This document shows positions 12,215-25,013 of a DNA stretch of 64,000 bases, one piece after another (position 1 is the stretch's first letter; each line of letters starts with the position of its first letter). The notes beneath the pieces are model-generated. The model saw nothing but the letters and a program-made list of their open reading frames with translations, did not search any database and was not told where the DNA came from. The stretch comes from Antedon mediterranea. Lineage: Eukaryota; Animalia; Echinodermata. The translations under genes were made by a program, and so were the position numbers. The DNA lies in assembly GCF_964355755.1 (NCBI RefSeq), contig NC_092677.1, positions 18,870,101 through 18,934,100 of the forward strand, written 5' to 3'.

Positions 12215-15200
12215 ACGGCATCTGATAACCAAAAAAAAATTTACCAGGACTGTTTCAATGATTTAATATCTGACGGCGTATTATTATAACATTGGCCTAG
12301 ATTGACAGTCATAAAAAAGAAAGTCATTGTAAATACTTCCCTTTATGTTGACAGAGCCAAAATAAAGTTTTGACCATTATCGAATGATTATTTGACAGTG
12401 ACTTATTATAATACCGGCCTGGTTGACCGCAAAAACGAAGTTATTATTTATTGATCAAGATTTTACAGATTTCCGTCTACATCTCAATAATACGGTATTA
12501 TCAGCAAAGGCTTTCATATAGACTCTCTTCTCCCAGACGTTTTTTGGGTCCAGCAGCTACCTATAAATTATAGTCGAGTTTCCAAATTCACAAAACTGTC
12601 AGCCTTAGATACTAAAGCTACCGCTATGAAACAGCTTATTAATGAATGTGTCCTCCTGGGACATAGCTGGCTAGAGCCGCGGCGCGAAAATATTACACTA
12701 TAGGCAATAAAGGCAACGCTCTACAGTAAATATTTATTATTATTTTATAAGCTGTTTAGTGATCAAAATAAAAGTGAATACAAAAAATTTAGTTTACTTT
12801 CTCAGAGTTTGCAAGTGGGATTGTCTACACTGGCATTTTCCCTGACTGATTAGCTTGGAGAAATTCTCTTGAAAAAGACTCTGCTGCATTCTCGCTCAGT
12901 CTTTGACCAATTGACCTAATTTACTTTACACTATTCAATACTATGATTGATAGAGTAAAGGGGTACCTGTACTACTTAATATTTTGATAGAATGATAATC
13001 AACTGTATTCTGGTCAACTTGTTTATTCACTTCATTGTGATAGGTCGCAAATTGCAAAAATAATTACAACATTTTAAAAACATCTCGGTAGCAAATTACC
13101 TGCTATACCATCAGGATACTTGAATTATTTTGTAATGATTAAAAGTTTGCTTAAATTTAGTAGCAATACTGTTTTCTTCACCAACATTTGTTGTACCCAA
13201 TAACAGGAAGTTGTTATTGCCACATCAATCTAATATATCTTATCTTATTATTATCCACAAATAATAGTTTATATTGTTTAGCATGTTTTTATAAAAGAGT
13301 TTGTACATCCATTCAATTTATTTACGCTTGCACAAAATGATTAACCAATCCAAATAAAATATCTTTTATTTTTATTATTTGTATGAAATGAAAGCGATTT
13401 AGAATAGTAACAGGAAAAAGCAATGCAGACCTGTTAGGTTTAGGATAATGATAATCTTTAAATACATCCCTTACTGAATAGTGAAGCAAACTGCGTAAAA
13501 TGTTGTTCTATATTTAAGTACGTTTACAAAATGTATGTATTCTTATTCATACTCTGTTGAAGAAATTTTTAACCAGACTGAGATTTCACCACTCACCATG
13601 GACAGCAGCTTTTTTTCAAAAATCTAAATTCTTTATATGTTGGAATTGTATGATCCGAAAAACAAGGCAAAGAAAATCAATTTCCATCATAAGTACAATT
13701 GAACTCAAATGTGTTGATAATCTTGATGGGATTGCTCGTGGTGCACCAGTACAGTATTGCTTATTATATCTGCTTGCGTTATATCGTCCCAATTATAATC
13801 TTTAAAATACCTGCAGAATCGGACAAATTCAGTTAAGACCCTCGTTCTTGCTTTTATTTCAACAAAACTACTTTAATTCTCTTCTTTATCAATTCTCTTC
13901 TTTACTGTATATCAGTTGTTCTCTTTTCTTCACCGGCTAAAAAAACACAAAATATTGCTGCCCTATATAAGCAGCAAGATCTATCTGCTATTAATTAAAT
14001 ACATTACTGTTTTGAGGATGTAAGTATGAAACAAATTAAATTTTATTTCAGAACAGTGTCTATGATGTACAGAAAAAAAAAATAATCTTAAACTAAACTA
14101 TAGTACTGTGCGTATTACGGGGTAGGGGAAATTACTCCCTAAAGTCGTATGGACCCACATACCCCAACATTCCAGTAAACAAAAATTTCTAATTTCCCAT
14201 AACGTAAATCGTACAGCCGACGACAAACTTACCCACTAATCAACAATTCTTTGTCTATACACACAATTCGGCAAAATTATTTACCATAGAGGAAGAATTT
14301 GATCATAGAAAAATGGTGAATTACAACAGAAAATATTGTTATTGAATAGGTCTTAAAACTACAGTACTGTCTGCATACATCTCATGCACTCTTCTTCCAG
14401 ACATGCTTTAGCGTTTGAGCCCAGTTTACAAATTTCCATTTTTTCAGCCATACATTACAGTAGTAAACTATAGCTTCCGCGTGATACAGTTACCTAATAC
14501 TTTCGTTCCCTTGAATATAACTTCCTAAAGGTGCAGTGCGAAAAACACACAGAAATTCTGGTCTACAGTTCTTACCATTATACAGTACACCATGTATTAA
14601 AATCTGATTTTAGATACAGTAGTACCATGCAGTGCATCTTGATACTTGACGTTAAATTTGTAATTAATATCAGAGAAAAAAAAATCTTTATTAAGGAAAT
14701 ATTTTAAATACTGTATGGAAAAGTACAAAAATATATTGATTGTTAAATAACGTGCGCGTCTCAATACAGTCCGCTACAGTTTGTCAGTTGTGTGCTATGA
14801 TGCCAATTGGACTCCTTTCCAGCCACTGGATGGTTTCATGTGTAGTTTAGGAGACCAGTTGTTAGGAATGACTGACATTGTTTCGTGCAGTGTTCATCGT
14901 TTTATCCTGTTTCCTTTATGCTAATTGATTCTTTAATTTTACGTTTAAGCCAACATTGTTCTTTAGCCCGTTTCTCACAAAGTGTGTGCAGGGAATTTGC
15001 GAGAATGAAAGCTGCTGTATCCCCGCCTACTGTAATGTGATGTCTTGTGCAGTCAAGTGTATCCAATGTTTTTCAGAAAGCGCGAATGAGAAGAGATGCT
15101 GATTAATGTATAGAACAAATCGATCAGGAGCCGTATGCTTCCATTGTTTTATAATAATAATAATAGTTCATTTATATATAGCGCATATAAGCAAGCTCTT

Positions 15201-17420
15201 AATGCACTACAGTACAGCTAAAAATGACTGCAACGAACCCACGTTCCAGCTACGTGGTTATGAGGTATTGGTTTTGATCGCAATCCTACGAACTGCATTG
15301 TTTTTTGATCGCGATCCTACATGAGCCATTTTTTTTGCCACGTGTCTATTGTAATGTGTTGCAAACAACATTATCAATGAATTAAGGGGAACAATGATTA
15401 TATAAAAGTTGCACCCAATATTTTTATTTAGCTAGCTAGGCCTAGACTCTAGCAATTAATGTTTAACAAAAACAACGAAGCCTTGTACTGTATTCTTTGT
15501 TGCACTGGTAACCAGTGAAGATCAGCAAGCACTCGGGAGATTTTATCGTATTTTATGTGTTAAGCGGGCAGCCGCATTTTGTAGGCGTTGCAGAATCTTG
15601 ATTTTTCAGAAAACGTTAAAAGTGACAATATGGTGCATAACAATAACATATAAACAAATAATCTCTAGAATTGAATTCTCCATAATTGCTATACTAAGAA
15701 ATAAATGACGCCCTAAACAAATAGTATTTTGACAGTCACTTTCATTAGCGGGATATTCATCGACCCTTTTTCACTGGAAGAAGCATTCCACAATGTGTGT
15801 TGCTGTATGGTTTTTGTGTTGTCGTCAACATCTTATGTTCTTTTATTCTTGTCTTGAGTGCCCTACTCGTAAACCATTTCACAATGGGATGGTTGCCAAC
15901 CTTCTCATGTCTTCCTCTACAGAAGGTGTGGGAGTTCGAACTTTTTCTAAGTTACTTTGTTTGTACCTTTCTAATTGTCCATGACTTGTAGTTTACACTG
16001 TTTGAGTGAAGTTGTATTGTCTTGGTTTCGCTCTGTTTGTCTGAATTGTTTGAGATTATATTGTTACATCTGTGTAGAAGTGTGCATGACTTTCCTGAAG
16101 ATTTTAGTGTCGCTGTACTTACAGGCATAGGCAATACTACAGCATACATCGATATCGAACTGAGGCTAAGAAAAAGATGTAGATTACATAACGATAATTC
16201 CCAAAGACGCAACACAACCTTTACTTACACTACACCTAAACAAAATCGACGACATTAATTTTACTTTACAAAGACAGATCCACAGCAGATAACTGTATCC
16301 AATTCCTGGATTCACTCGTATGATTGATGAAAAAGGAAATATCAACAATAGTTTTCAGGAAAGCCACACACACAACAAATGAAATATTCTCACTATTTTT
16401 AGACAAATAGTATACAAAAATTCATCATCACCTACAGTACTTTCTATTCTAAAATAAACTTTTATTTGAATAATCCATCTTCAATTATTTTCCAAGGTTA
16501 GACTGGGAAGCTAGCTATTTACAAATACAGCACGCCAACACTGATGCGGAGTAGAACAGATTTAAACGGCACGCATTACAAGTCGACCGGCAACTGGAAC
16601 CCATCTTGGCTAATTCTGGTTTTTTTTCCAATGAGTCTTGTAGAGATGTTCCCATTAATTAATCTAAATCATACAATTTAAAGCTAATTTAAATGCCTTT
16701 TTTGGTCTTTAAATTACTATATTTCTCCAAAAATGTACTTACATCCCGAAACAAGTCATAACATTCAATCTTCGCGGCGGAAGTACAAAATAGGTGGCGC
16801 TGTATTTCAAAAGCAATAGTATATAAAAAATATTTTTCAAACGCGAAAAGATTTGTTTTTTCGTACACGACCAAAAGTACAATTGAACAACCATTCAATA
16901 GTGCATACTATTGCAAACAATATGACCCATAATCATCCAATCAAATGACAGGAATTTATTTAGGTGTTATTTAAAACAAATAATAAATGCCGCATAATGT
17001 CTATCAAACCAGTCAAGTATACAGTTGCAGTATCAAAGCAGTAGACGCATTTGAATTTTTGTGAGTGAATCGTAAATTAAAGTAATGTCTAAAATTTTAC
17101 AATAGACAAATTAAAGAGAGGACGTGCAACACATCGATAATCTGATTGACTATGCACTGCTGTCGACCATCTCCTATCATGGTTCTTTAAATGATTCAAT
17201 TAGTATTATCCTAAATAAAATAAGCACACCGAAACAGAGCACAATTCTTGCAGATGGCGTACTATTTAATATTGCAGCTTGTACTGAATGATATCGATAT
17301 TACCGCAAGAAGCTTTTGTAAATGTCGTCAATATATTAATATTGGTACAGTGTGTATTTAGCTATTTTGCAAATTAAAAATGGAAATTCTTGTGTAAACT
17401 TTCATACAAGTATAAATGTA

Positions 17421-17595
17421 TGGGCATCTGAGACAGCTTCGTAAGACCAATGAGTGTTCAACACACGACCTAAAAACTATGTTCAACGGTATCTCAAGAT
17501 GTCTTGTCTGGATTCAACTCTGACAGCACCGACGAGTCAAATCCAGACAAGACGAATCGTTAGGCGTTAACGTGTAATGCTGTCTGAGGTGGCCT
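17421..17595. mobile_element. Degraded Harbinger-like MITE
   Basis: Ends GGGCATCTGAGACAGC / GCTGTCTGAGGTGGCC; internal inverted GTCTTGTCTGGATT / AATCCAGACAAGAC. Confidence 0.5.
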
Positions 17596-19689
17596 TTAGT
17601 AAAGTGTGCAGTTCGATCTCTTGATTGATGATTATATAGGGTAAAATATATAATAGATAAAGACTGTTGATGGAAATTAATTATCTTGTGGTTAGATTAG
17701 ATGAGGTATTTTGTTCAGATATTTTGTTAAATAAGTGATTTTATTAATTTGTTTAATAGCACAGTTCTATACACACATAGAATATTTTAAAACATGGTTT
17801 ATTGACAAGGTAAATATTTTTCTGAACACAGAAATTTTATTTTCTGATGGATATGTAATTTGTTAGTAAGGTTATATTGTTATTGTTCTGCAATGCATAA
17901 ACCATAAGCTGTAAGTACTGTAACTACACCCCTTTTTTTCAGTCGATAAATACCACTGTCTGTTCACGAAGTTATTTAAAATAAAATCCAGGAGACATAC
18001 TATGGATTTTTAATAACACTAAAAACTTTGAAGAAATAACTGGCTTAAAAAATATTATGCTGAGTATGTTATGCAAGTAATATTGCTACCTATAGTATTA
18101 TAATTATGTTTGTATAGTTGGAACAAAGGGCTTTCTTTCCAAGAGTGCTCCCTCTTGCGCAGTAGCGATTTAAACATATTTGCTGTAATGTAATAACTGT
18201 CAATAATTATTATTATTTTGACCTTTTTAACCCGAACATTTTTAGCTGAGAGCACATTTTACATATCTCTAAAATTGTTGAGCGGATATAGTCGTAGTTG
18301 GTGTCGCAATACTCGAAAGACCCACATTTCTTTTTCCGTGAATGTGAAACTCTATTTTGACCATTGGTAAAGAAAATGGCCTTATCAATATCTCAGTGAC
18401 CACTGGTCAGAAAGTTATAATTTTAGTCTCAGTATATATTTATTTGCTCTAATAGAACAGAAATACACAAACATTTTTGCGTGGATCGCATTTTATATTT
18501 CAATCACTACAGTAATGAATATTCTCATCCTCATGCTCTCTCTCACTCGAACAACTGCTAAAAGACTCAATATGACCACTGGTCAAGAAAATGGTCATAC
18601 AAATAGTTAGCAACCAGGTCAAAAAGTGATGGTTTTGGTCTCAAATTAATAGGAAGGAATGGTTTATATTTACTTTGAAGACAAAATAACAAGTTATGAA
18701 AAAGTGAAACTTTTTCAGGTATCACATGATAATTTGAAACATGTTGCCTGCGGTACACTATGGTACTCCATGCTAAAAAGTAGGGGTTTTTTTGGAAGCC
18801 TGATAAACCAACCAATTCTGATTAATTGTATTAAATTTTAAATACACTGAGCTAGTGGATGCTGGTTTTCAAAAGAAGGTCGGGGTGGGACTGAGGTAAG
18901 AAAATGGACCTTTACTAGAATAGTATCAATTGTTATTACTGTATAATGTTATTGATTTGTACTGTATATTCGTAAAAAAAAGATCAGACACATGGGACAT
19001 TTTAAAGTACCAAAATACAACCAGATTTAATTCCTCACTATGTCAAATTATAGGTTATTCATTGATTTAAATTATAAGATAATTGATTTTTTTAAAGACA
19101 TATTGATTGATTTTGTCAGAGTTATTTATAATAATAATATGAAAAATAGGATCTTGGTAATGCAAATGCAATATTGAGCCATTTATACACTTGAATAAAA
19201 CAACCCGATCAAAGATCCCTTTACATATATGTCATTAAACCACCCTTATAAATCATAAGTATGATAGAGGTATATTAACATTGTTTTAGCTAAGATGCAC
19301 ATAGCCTGTCACTTTTGTCGTTCTCATATAACTCGATTTCAAGTTGAAAAGTGAATGAAATATGATGAATTTACTAAAGAAAGGTTGTAAAACAGAAATT
19401 GTGGAAAAAGAGTGCGCATTATCGATATACTGTATATATACTATAACACTTACAATTGCCTGAAACATATTCTAATTTCATCGAAAATAAATGCGTTATA
19501 TGCGCTACGTACGTAATTATATTGCCATATGATGATATATGACCTGAAATTTATGAGTACCAAATTTGGTTTAATTATGACACCTGCGTTCGAATTGTAA
19601 AAAAATATACCTCGGAAAAACTTAATGAATGATCAAGACCCATTTCCTCGCAAATTAAAAGATGTTTTTAACGATTGTAACCTAATTCA

Positions 19690-20000
19690 ACATATAATAC
19701 TTTCCAACTCACAATAAGGCTAACCTACTGGATTTGATATCACTAAAGTTTCTACATTCAATTGTAACATCAAGGATTGTGGTTTCATTTTCAGTGATCA
19801 CTCCGTGATATATTTTTTGGTGCCTGTCACTTCTTGCCTTGACTATTGCAACTCTTTTCTTTGCCCTACCGAAATCTTTGAAACGATTTCAACGTCTGCA
19901 GAACACTGCTGCATGCATTCTAACATCTTCTTGATCTTCTTCACTCCTACACCCCTCTTGCTTGTCTTCATTCGGCTGATCAAAACCTACTGATTGTTCT
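19690..20000 (+). mobile_element. L2-clade LINE reverse transcriptase C-terminal fragment
   Basis: VTSCLDYCNSFL...LKRFQRLQNTAACIL matches the L2 motif SRLDYCNSLL...LQ..QN.AAR; frameshifted. Confidence 0.65.
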
Positions 20001-20064
20001 TAGAATAAACACCAAATCCTATCTGCTGCTTCTCTTTAGGATTTTCTCCTTCGACATTACTAAA

Positions 20065-20360
20065 TCAATATCAATCTATTGCTATATTTTTTTATTACAC
20101 CTTATTTATAGAGGGGGGACCCTAAACAGCATCTGACAATCAAGGGGCCCCTCTTGATGAGTGATAGTGGCTGTGTGTATATTAGTACACTGGGGTAACC
20201 CCCTACTCGTCTTAAAAGATGTACTCTGGACCTACGGTTTAGTCCTTATCCAAAAAGACCACTACCAGAACCATGGAGCAAGTGAGGTTCGAACCCTTGC
20301 CGATGTTATTATGGCAAGGTCTTACAGTTCTACTGTCTTAACCGCTTGGCCACTCACCTC
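20065..20360 (-). mobile_element. tRNA-derived SINE with Deu/Nin-like core
   Basis: Minus strand: A box TGGCCAAGCGG (20342-20352), B box GGTTCGAACC (20286-20295), then GGATAAGGACTAAACCGTAGGTCC...GAGTAGGGGGTTACCCCAGTGT, and an A-rich tail. Confidence 0.7.
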
Positions 20361-21012
20361 AAAATACCTGCGCTATACAGTACAAAAACCTAAATTAGTA
20401 TTATTATTATGAAGACATGTGCACATGCGTCATTATTTTGCAATTAAAGTTATTCAAAATGAATGAAATCTACTACATAAGGTATGAAAAACAAAAAATA
20501 ATTGCAAAAACCATTTTTCTATCCTATTTACGAGCTGTAAAAGTTGCCTGAAATTTAGTCAAACTGATTAGAAATTATTTTTGCACATATAAAATTTTCA
20601 AATGCGCCATTGCCATGCCATTTTTACTCCATAAAAAGTTGACCCATGATATGAATTATAATTTTATTAAGTTTCATGAAAGAATATTTGTTGGTTCTAA
20701 GTTTATGATCAGTTATAGAAATTCATAAAATCGTGTGTAACTATACTCTACAATTTAAATGTCAATATATTGACAAAGTTTATTCACAATTATTAGAGAT
20801 AGGCTGTCTACAAAAATCGTGGAAAGAAAGAAGAATAACAAAGAAGAGGATGAAAAAAAAAGATCCTGACAATTAAAAGGGTTATCCGCAACAAAAGTTG
20901 TCAAATGTTCAAATAATGTATAACAATTTGATGTAGCAAAATAAAAGTGCGACATCATACAAAATATTTTCTACATAATCAAGTAATAAATAAGTAAATA
21001 ACTCTGTCTTAA

Positions 21013-21141
21013 AGCTTGGTTCACACTAGGACACAATGCAAAAACATTAAGTGCTACTCAAGCTAGTTGACCAATCACAAGTAATGTATAATCTGCACTG
21101 TCGCTTGTCAACCTTCCGTGCGTCCTAGTGGGAACCAAGTT
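21013..21141. mobile_element. Short Harbinger-like MITE
   Basis: TIR AGCTTGGTTCACACTAGGAC / GTCCTAGTGGGAACCAAGTT with TAA-like flanks; a degraded relative lies near 40736-40873. Confidence 0.65.
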
Positions 21142-22489
21142 TAAACGATTTTCCCATGTTGGTTGTAATTCTAGGTAAAAGTAAGTTTCCTCTTGCTTTT
21201 TGCCTTATACTATAATAATCATATTGTAAACACAATAATCATTAAATGAATGTTCAGTAGTAAATTACTGATAATCAAGTCATACATAAAGAGACCAAGG
21301 AGAGACCAGTTTATATAGTGTTAAAATGTCTAAAATCGTAAATTAACTAAAAGGGGGCAAAGAATGAATACTAAATGTCGTATATCTAACTGCCATATTT
21401 TGTGCTACATAAATACTTCTGAAAATTGATTATGGCATTATGAAATTAAGTGCTGAATTCTGTATACCGTAAAAGAAGCCCATGGCCTTCTTGTTTTACC
21501 TTTTGCAACTAAATGACTGCTGTAAATTTTTGAATTGCTACTACAATTTTTTCTTTCACCTACCTGTGATTCTGAATGAAAAAATGATCCTGAATGTGTA
21601 AATAACTATAGACCCATTTTTATCCGCTTTTTTTACAAAATTACTGAAAATAGAGAAGTGTAGACGATGGTAAATTGTAGATAACAGTCCGATGAATAGT
21701 ATAATTTTGTTATAAATATATTATTATTAATCTGACGTTTTATTGAGGAGGTTTTGGGTGTTTATTCAAATAAACACCATCCTAATTGGTATAATTAATA
21801 CATTATGGTCTAATCATTTTTAAAAATATATCAACTGAATTTTGTTATAATGATGGTTACCGGAGGTTGTTGGGACAACCCAGATTTGTTAGTGCAAGGA
21901 ATTTGTTTGAGGATTTCGACTTAACGATTTCTTACAAGAATAATGAAAAGCGAAAACAGAATGTTAATTTGTATATATAAATATTTGTTGATGGATTTTA
22001 ACATGTACTACAAATGGAGAGTGATATTATATACCAATAGATAAAAGTTTTAGTCCTTTCTTCTTCATCTTTTTTTTGTAATGTATTATACCATGGACAA
22101 TTGTCTGAAATAAAAGTTGAATTGAATTTGAAAACTACTGTGCCTTCACACGCACGGTCCGAAAATTTAAAAAAATTAAATGGCTATCACCACCAATGGC
22201 CAACTTAGTTAAAACCAGGAAGTTTCAAGGTCATGACTCACCGTAAACCTGGAAATTATTTCTACCGCGTACGGTTGAAAATCTACCGATGAGATCAGAA
22301 ATTTTGTTTTAAAACACTTTATAATATCTTCCTAAGATAGACATATGGAACAATATCGTAATAGTGCGAACTAATGTAATCAAATCTACATCTCGCGGTA
22401 CATCCGAGATAGATGAGGTTTATATTTAAGGCGGAGATTTGTTCTGAAGTTTTTCCATTGTGCTCGCCTATGTCCGAATTAAGCATAAA

Positions 22490-22725
22490 TTATATAGAGA
22501 AGCTTGTGCATTCCAGACTTTATAATTATTTTGTAAATAAAAATATATTAAGTAATAGCCAATATGGGTTTAGGAAAACTAGTCTAGCAATGCTTGACTT
22601 ACTAAGTAACATAAATACATCTTTTTGAAAGGGGGAGGGGCGGGAAATCACGATATTTTGAAACTTTCACACTATGGTGTCAGAGGTCCTCCATTAGAAT
22701 GTTTAACAAATTATTTAAAAAATTG
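22490..22725 (+). mobile_element. CR1-clade LINE reverse transcriptase fragments
   Basis: IEKLVHSRLYNYFVNKNILSNSQYGFRK...LAMLDL and KLSHYGVRGPPLECLTNYLKN. Confidence 0.7.
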
Positions 22726-23299
22726 ATATTTTTTGGGCTGATTGTTTTTGTGCAAATGTTGTTATTCTTTCTTTAATAACTTTATAACTTCAATTTGTAA
22801 TATTGTATCTGTCCTGGGTCATCTTGAGACAAGTTCTTTGTCTTGTCTTAATCCTAACCTTTAAAATTTAAACAATATATTATCATTATTACTATTATTA
22901 TCAAATATTTAATTACTTTCCTTGTACTTTTTTTTGTCGTCTAATTGGTTTAATAAATGTTACCAAACATTAATTTTGAGACATTCCCTGTCAATTTTAC
23001 ATATTATTTGCCGACAAAGCAGACAAGAAGTAGATACAAGATGCAATAAAAAAAAAATTGGAACAGTTTTTGAAAACAATATTAAACTGTAAAACAAATA
23101 CTGTATATGATACAAACTCAGCTTACATTTTTAGTCATACCATTACCCTCTTAACCATGTGTTTGTATTGTTTATTTCGGTTCCTTTGAGATTCAAATAA
23201 AAAAATTGACAAAAGCCCATTCTATCCTGAAAATAATCCCATTGAGATCACTTTTGCAAACCAAAGAGATTTTTCGAGGTTTTACAGTATTCTGTATCA

Positions 23300-23548
23300 T
23301 GCTTAAAAAAAGTATGTACATTCAGTGTAACATTGGAAAAATTATGGAATCTAATTTTAACATGATGACGTCATCAAAATAAAACATAAAAACAATTTCA
23401 GAAAATAATTGTATATTATTGTATTTATATAATATACAATTATTTTCTGAAATTGTTTTTATGTTTTATTTTGATGACGTCATCATGTTAAAATTAGATC
23501 CCATAATTTTTCCTATGTTACACTGAATGTACATACTTTTTTTACGCA
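23300..23548. repeat. Long inverted repeat (foldback, MITE-like)
   Basis: Arms 23304-23419 and 23429-23544 are reverse complements with 2 mismatches and a 9-nt loop; each arm contains TGACGTCA. Confidence 0.9.
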
Positions 23549-23599
23549 AGAGTTGAATCCAGTTCAACTCTAGCAATAGCGCAACGCTAAAACGTAAGA

Positions 23600-23765
23600 A
23601 CTGACCAATCATCTTGGCGATACAGCACATGACGTCACGTAATTGATGATGAAAAAAATTCTGCTGACTACATTTATTTTTGCGCGGTTAAAGCTAGACC
23701 TAGACTTGCCAAAGTGACTATAAAGTGATGTTCCAGAAAGTAGGTGTGGGGATATTAGGTAGGTC
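23600..23765 (+). promoter_or_regulatory. Probable RBM12 promoter and non-coding first exon
   Basis: CCAAT at 23605-23609, TGACGTCACGT at 23630-23640, candidate donor AG|GTAGGT at 23758/23759; acceptor TGTAG ends at 25005, just before the ATG. Confidence 0.45.
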
Positions 23766-24191
23766 TAAGTATTCTGCCTAGTCCAAAATGCTATTAGGCC
23801 TAGGATAGGCCTACTGAAAACGAAGAACCATCAGTATAGAGATAGTATGCATAGACCCACGTCTCCTACAGAGGCAGCGGAATCCTCTATTCATTTGTTC
23901 GCGTTACGACAACGTCGTGAGTTTTCAACTTTAACGTTCAACGCTAGAAATCAAATGTTCGCGGTATCGTTATCATTTCAACTTGATTGTTTTTAAACGA
24001 TCATCATTGAACTAACTATTTCGATGATATCGCTGACTAAACGTCGACAGGAAAACCGGCTAAAAAGTAAAAGCAATCAAAAGTTATTTATTTACTGGCA
24101 ATAAACGTACAAATAAAGTACGGGAAAAAGGTGATTCATACTAATATGAGACTTGCCTGACTTTAAACAGTTTTAAATTTATTATATTAAT

Positions 24192-24689
24192 AGGGAGGTT
24201 TCGCAATGTAATGAATACGAAAACGAATACGTCTTGCACACGTATTCGTTTCTGAAGCCAGTAAAAATATGTTTCGCATGGCAACGAAATATTGAGGGCG
24301 TCGTCCAAAATATGACTGCGCTAAATTTGAGCGAAGCGCAGGTACGTGTTGCTTGGCTGCCTAGGCCTAGCGTAACATCAAAGCTAGTAAGGACTTTAAA
24401 AAAACTGCTATTTATCAAAATTGACCTGGCATTTTAGTAAATTACTTTAGTAAATTACTTTCAATAAATCTATAATTATATTATAATCATGAATCATTCC
24501 TGATTCAAATGCAAAATGTGCAAAATAGATCAAAAACTATACTCGTTTTGTAGTTACGAATATGACTGGTGATATTCGTCAACACGAATACGCTTTACGA
24601 ATATGAAATGGGGGTCAGCGCAAAAGTTTCACAAATGTGTGATGTATTCGTTTGGGTTATCGTATTCGTAAGGTTTTCGAAACCTCCTT
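24192..24689. mobile_element. PIF/Harbinger- or ISL2EU-like non-autonomous element in the RBM12 5' UTR intron
   Basis: TIR AGGGAGGTTTCG / CGAAACCTCCTT, AAT on both flanks, repeated subterminal GAATACG / CGTATTC motifs. Confidence 0.6.
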
Positions 24690-25013
24690 AATGTCAAATG
24701 AACGCTAGAATATCTATCCTTAATCATGTTTGTGGTTCTAAAATATTGTAAATTATTACTTCTGCCACTCAAAACTATTATTAAAATTTCAAATCGAGCA
24801 GAGACACAGGTGTGTTGGTGGGAGTGGGGGTGTATATTGGAAAGTGATATATACAGGAGTAATGAGGTGCCGAAGCCAAATTAAATATAAATGTTAGCTA
24901 AACTATTGTTGCTGATAGTGCTTTAACTCTTTTGAGTTTTTCATCATTCATATAAAAGCTTATGTCTTAAATGTTTTATTTTGCATACATATTTACTCAT
25001 TGTAGGTTAAAAA

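Larger units (their letters stand above)
1430..16170 (-). pseudogene. Probable decayed multi-exon gene on the minus strand (possible TRPM-like N-terminal similarity, unverified)
   Basis: Several AG...GT-bounded segments with long frames broken by stops. 2271-2084 is fully open (KDFFFLSKLNSEQ...LLRTNK) and splices in phase to 1837 (LKSSQYLARL...ELLGWLCIRGQL, with stops). Similar segments near 5877-5595, 12915-12798, 13229-13100 and 13936-13552. Confidence 0.35.

Noticed and set aside
18350-18760. Diverged direct repeats with GACCACTGGTC
   Set aside because: Boundaries and element type could not be defined.
20270-20360. tRNA gene
   Set aside because: A and B boxes are present but there is no clean cloverleaf, and the sequence continues into a SINE body.
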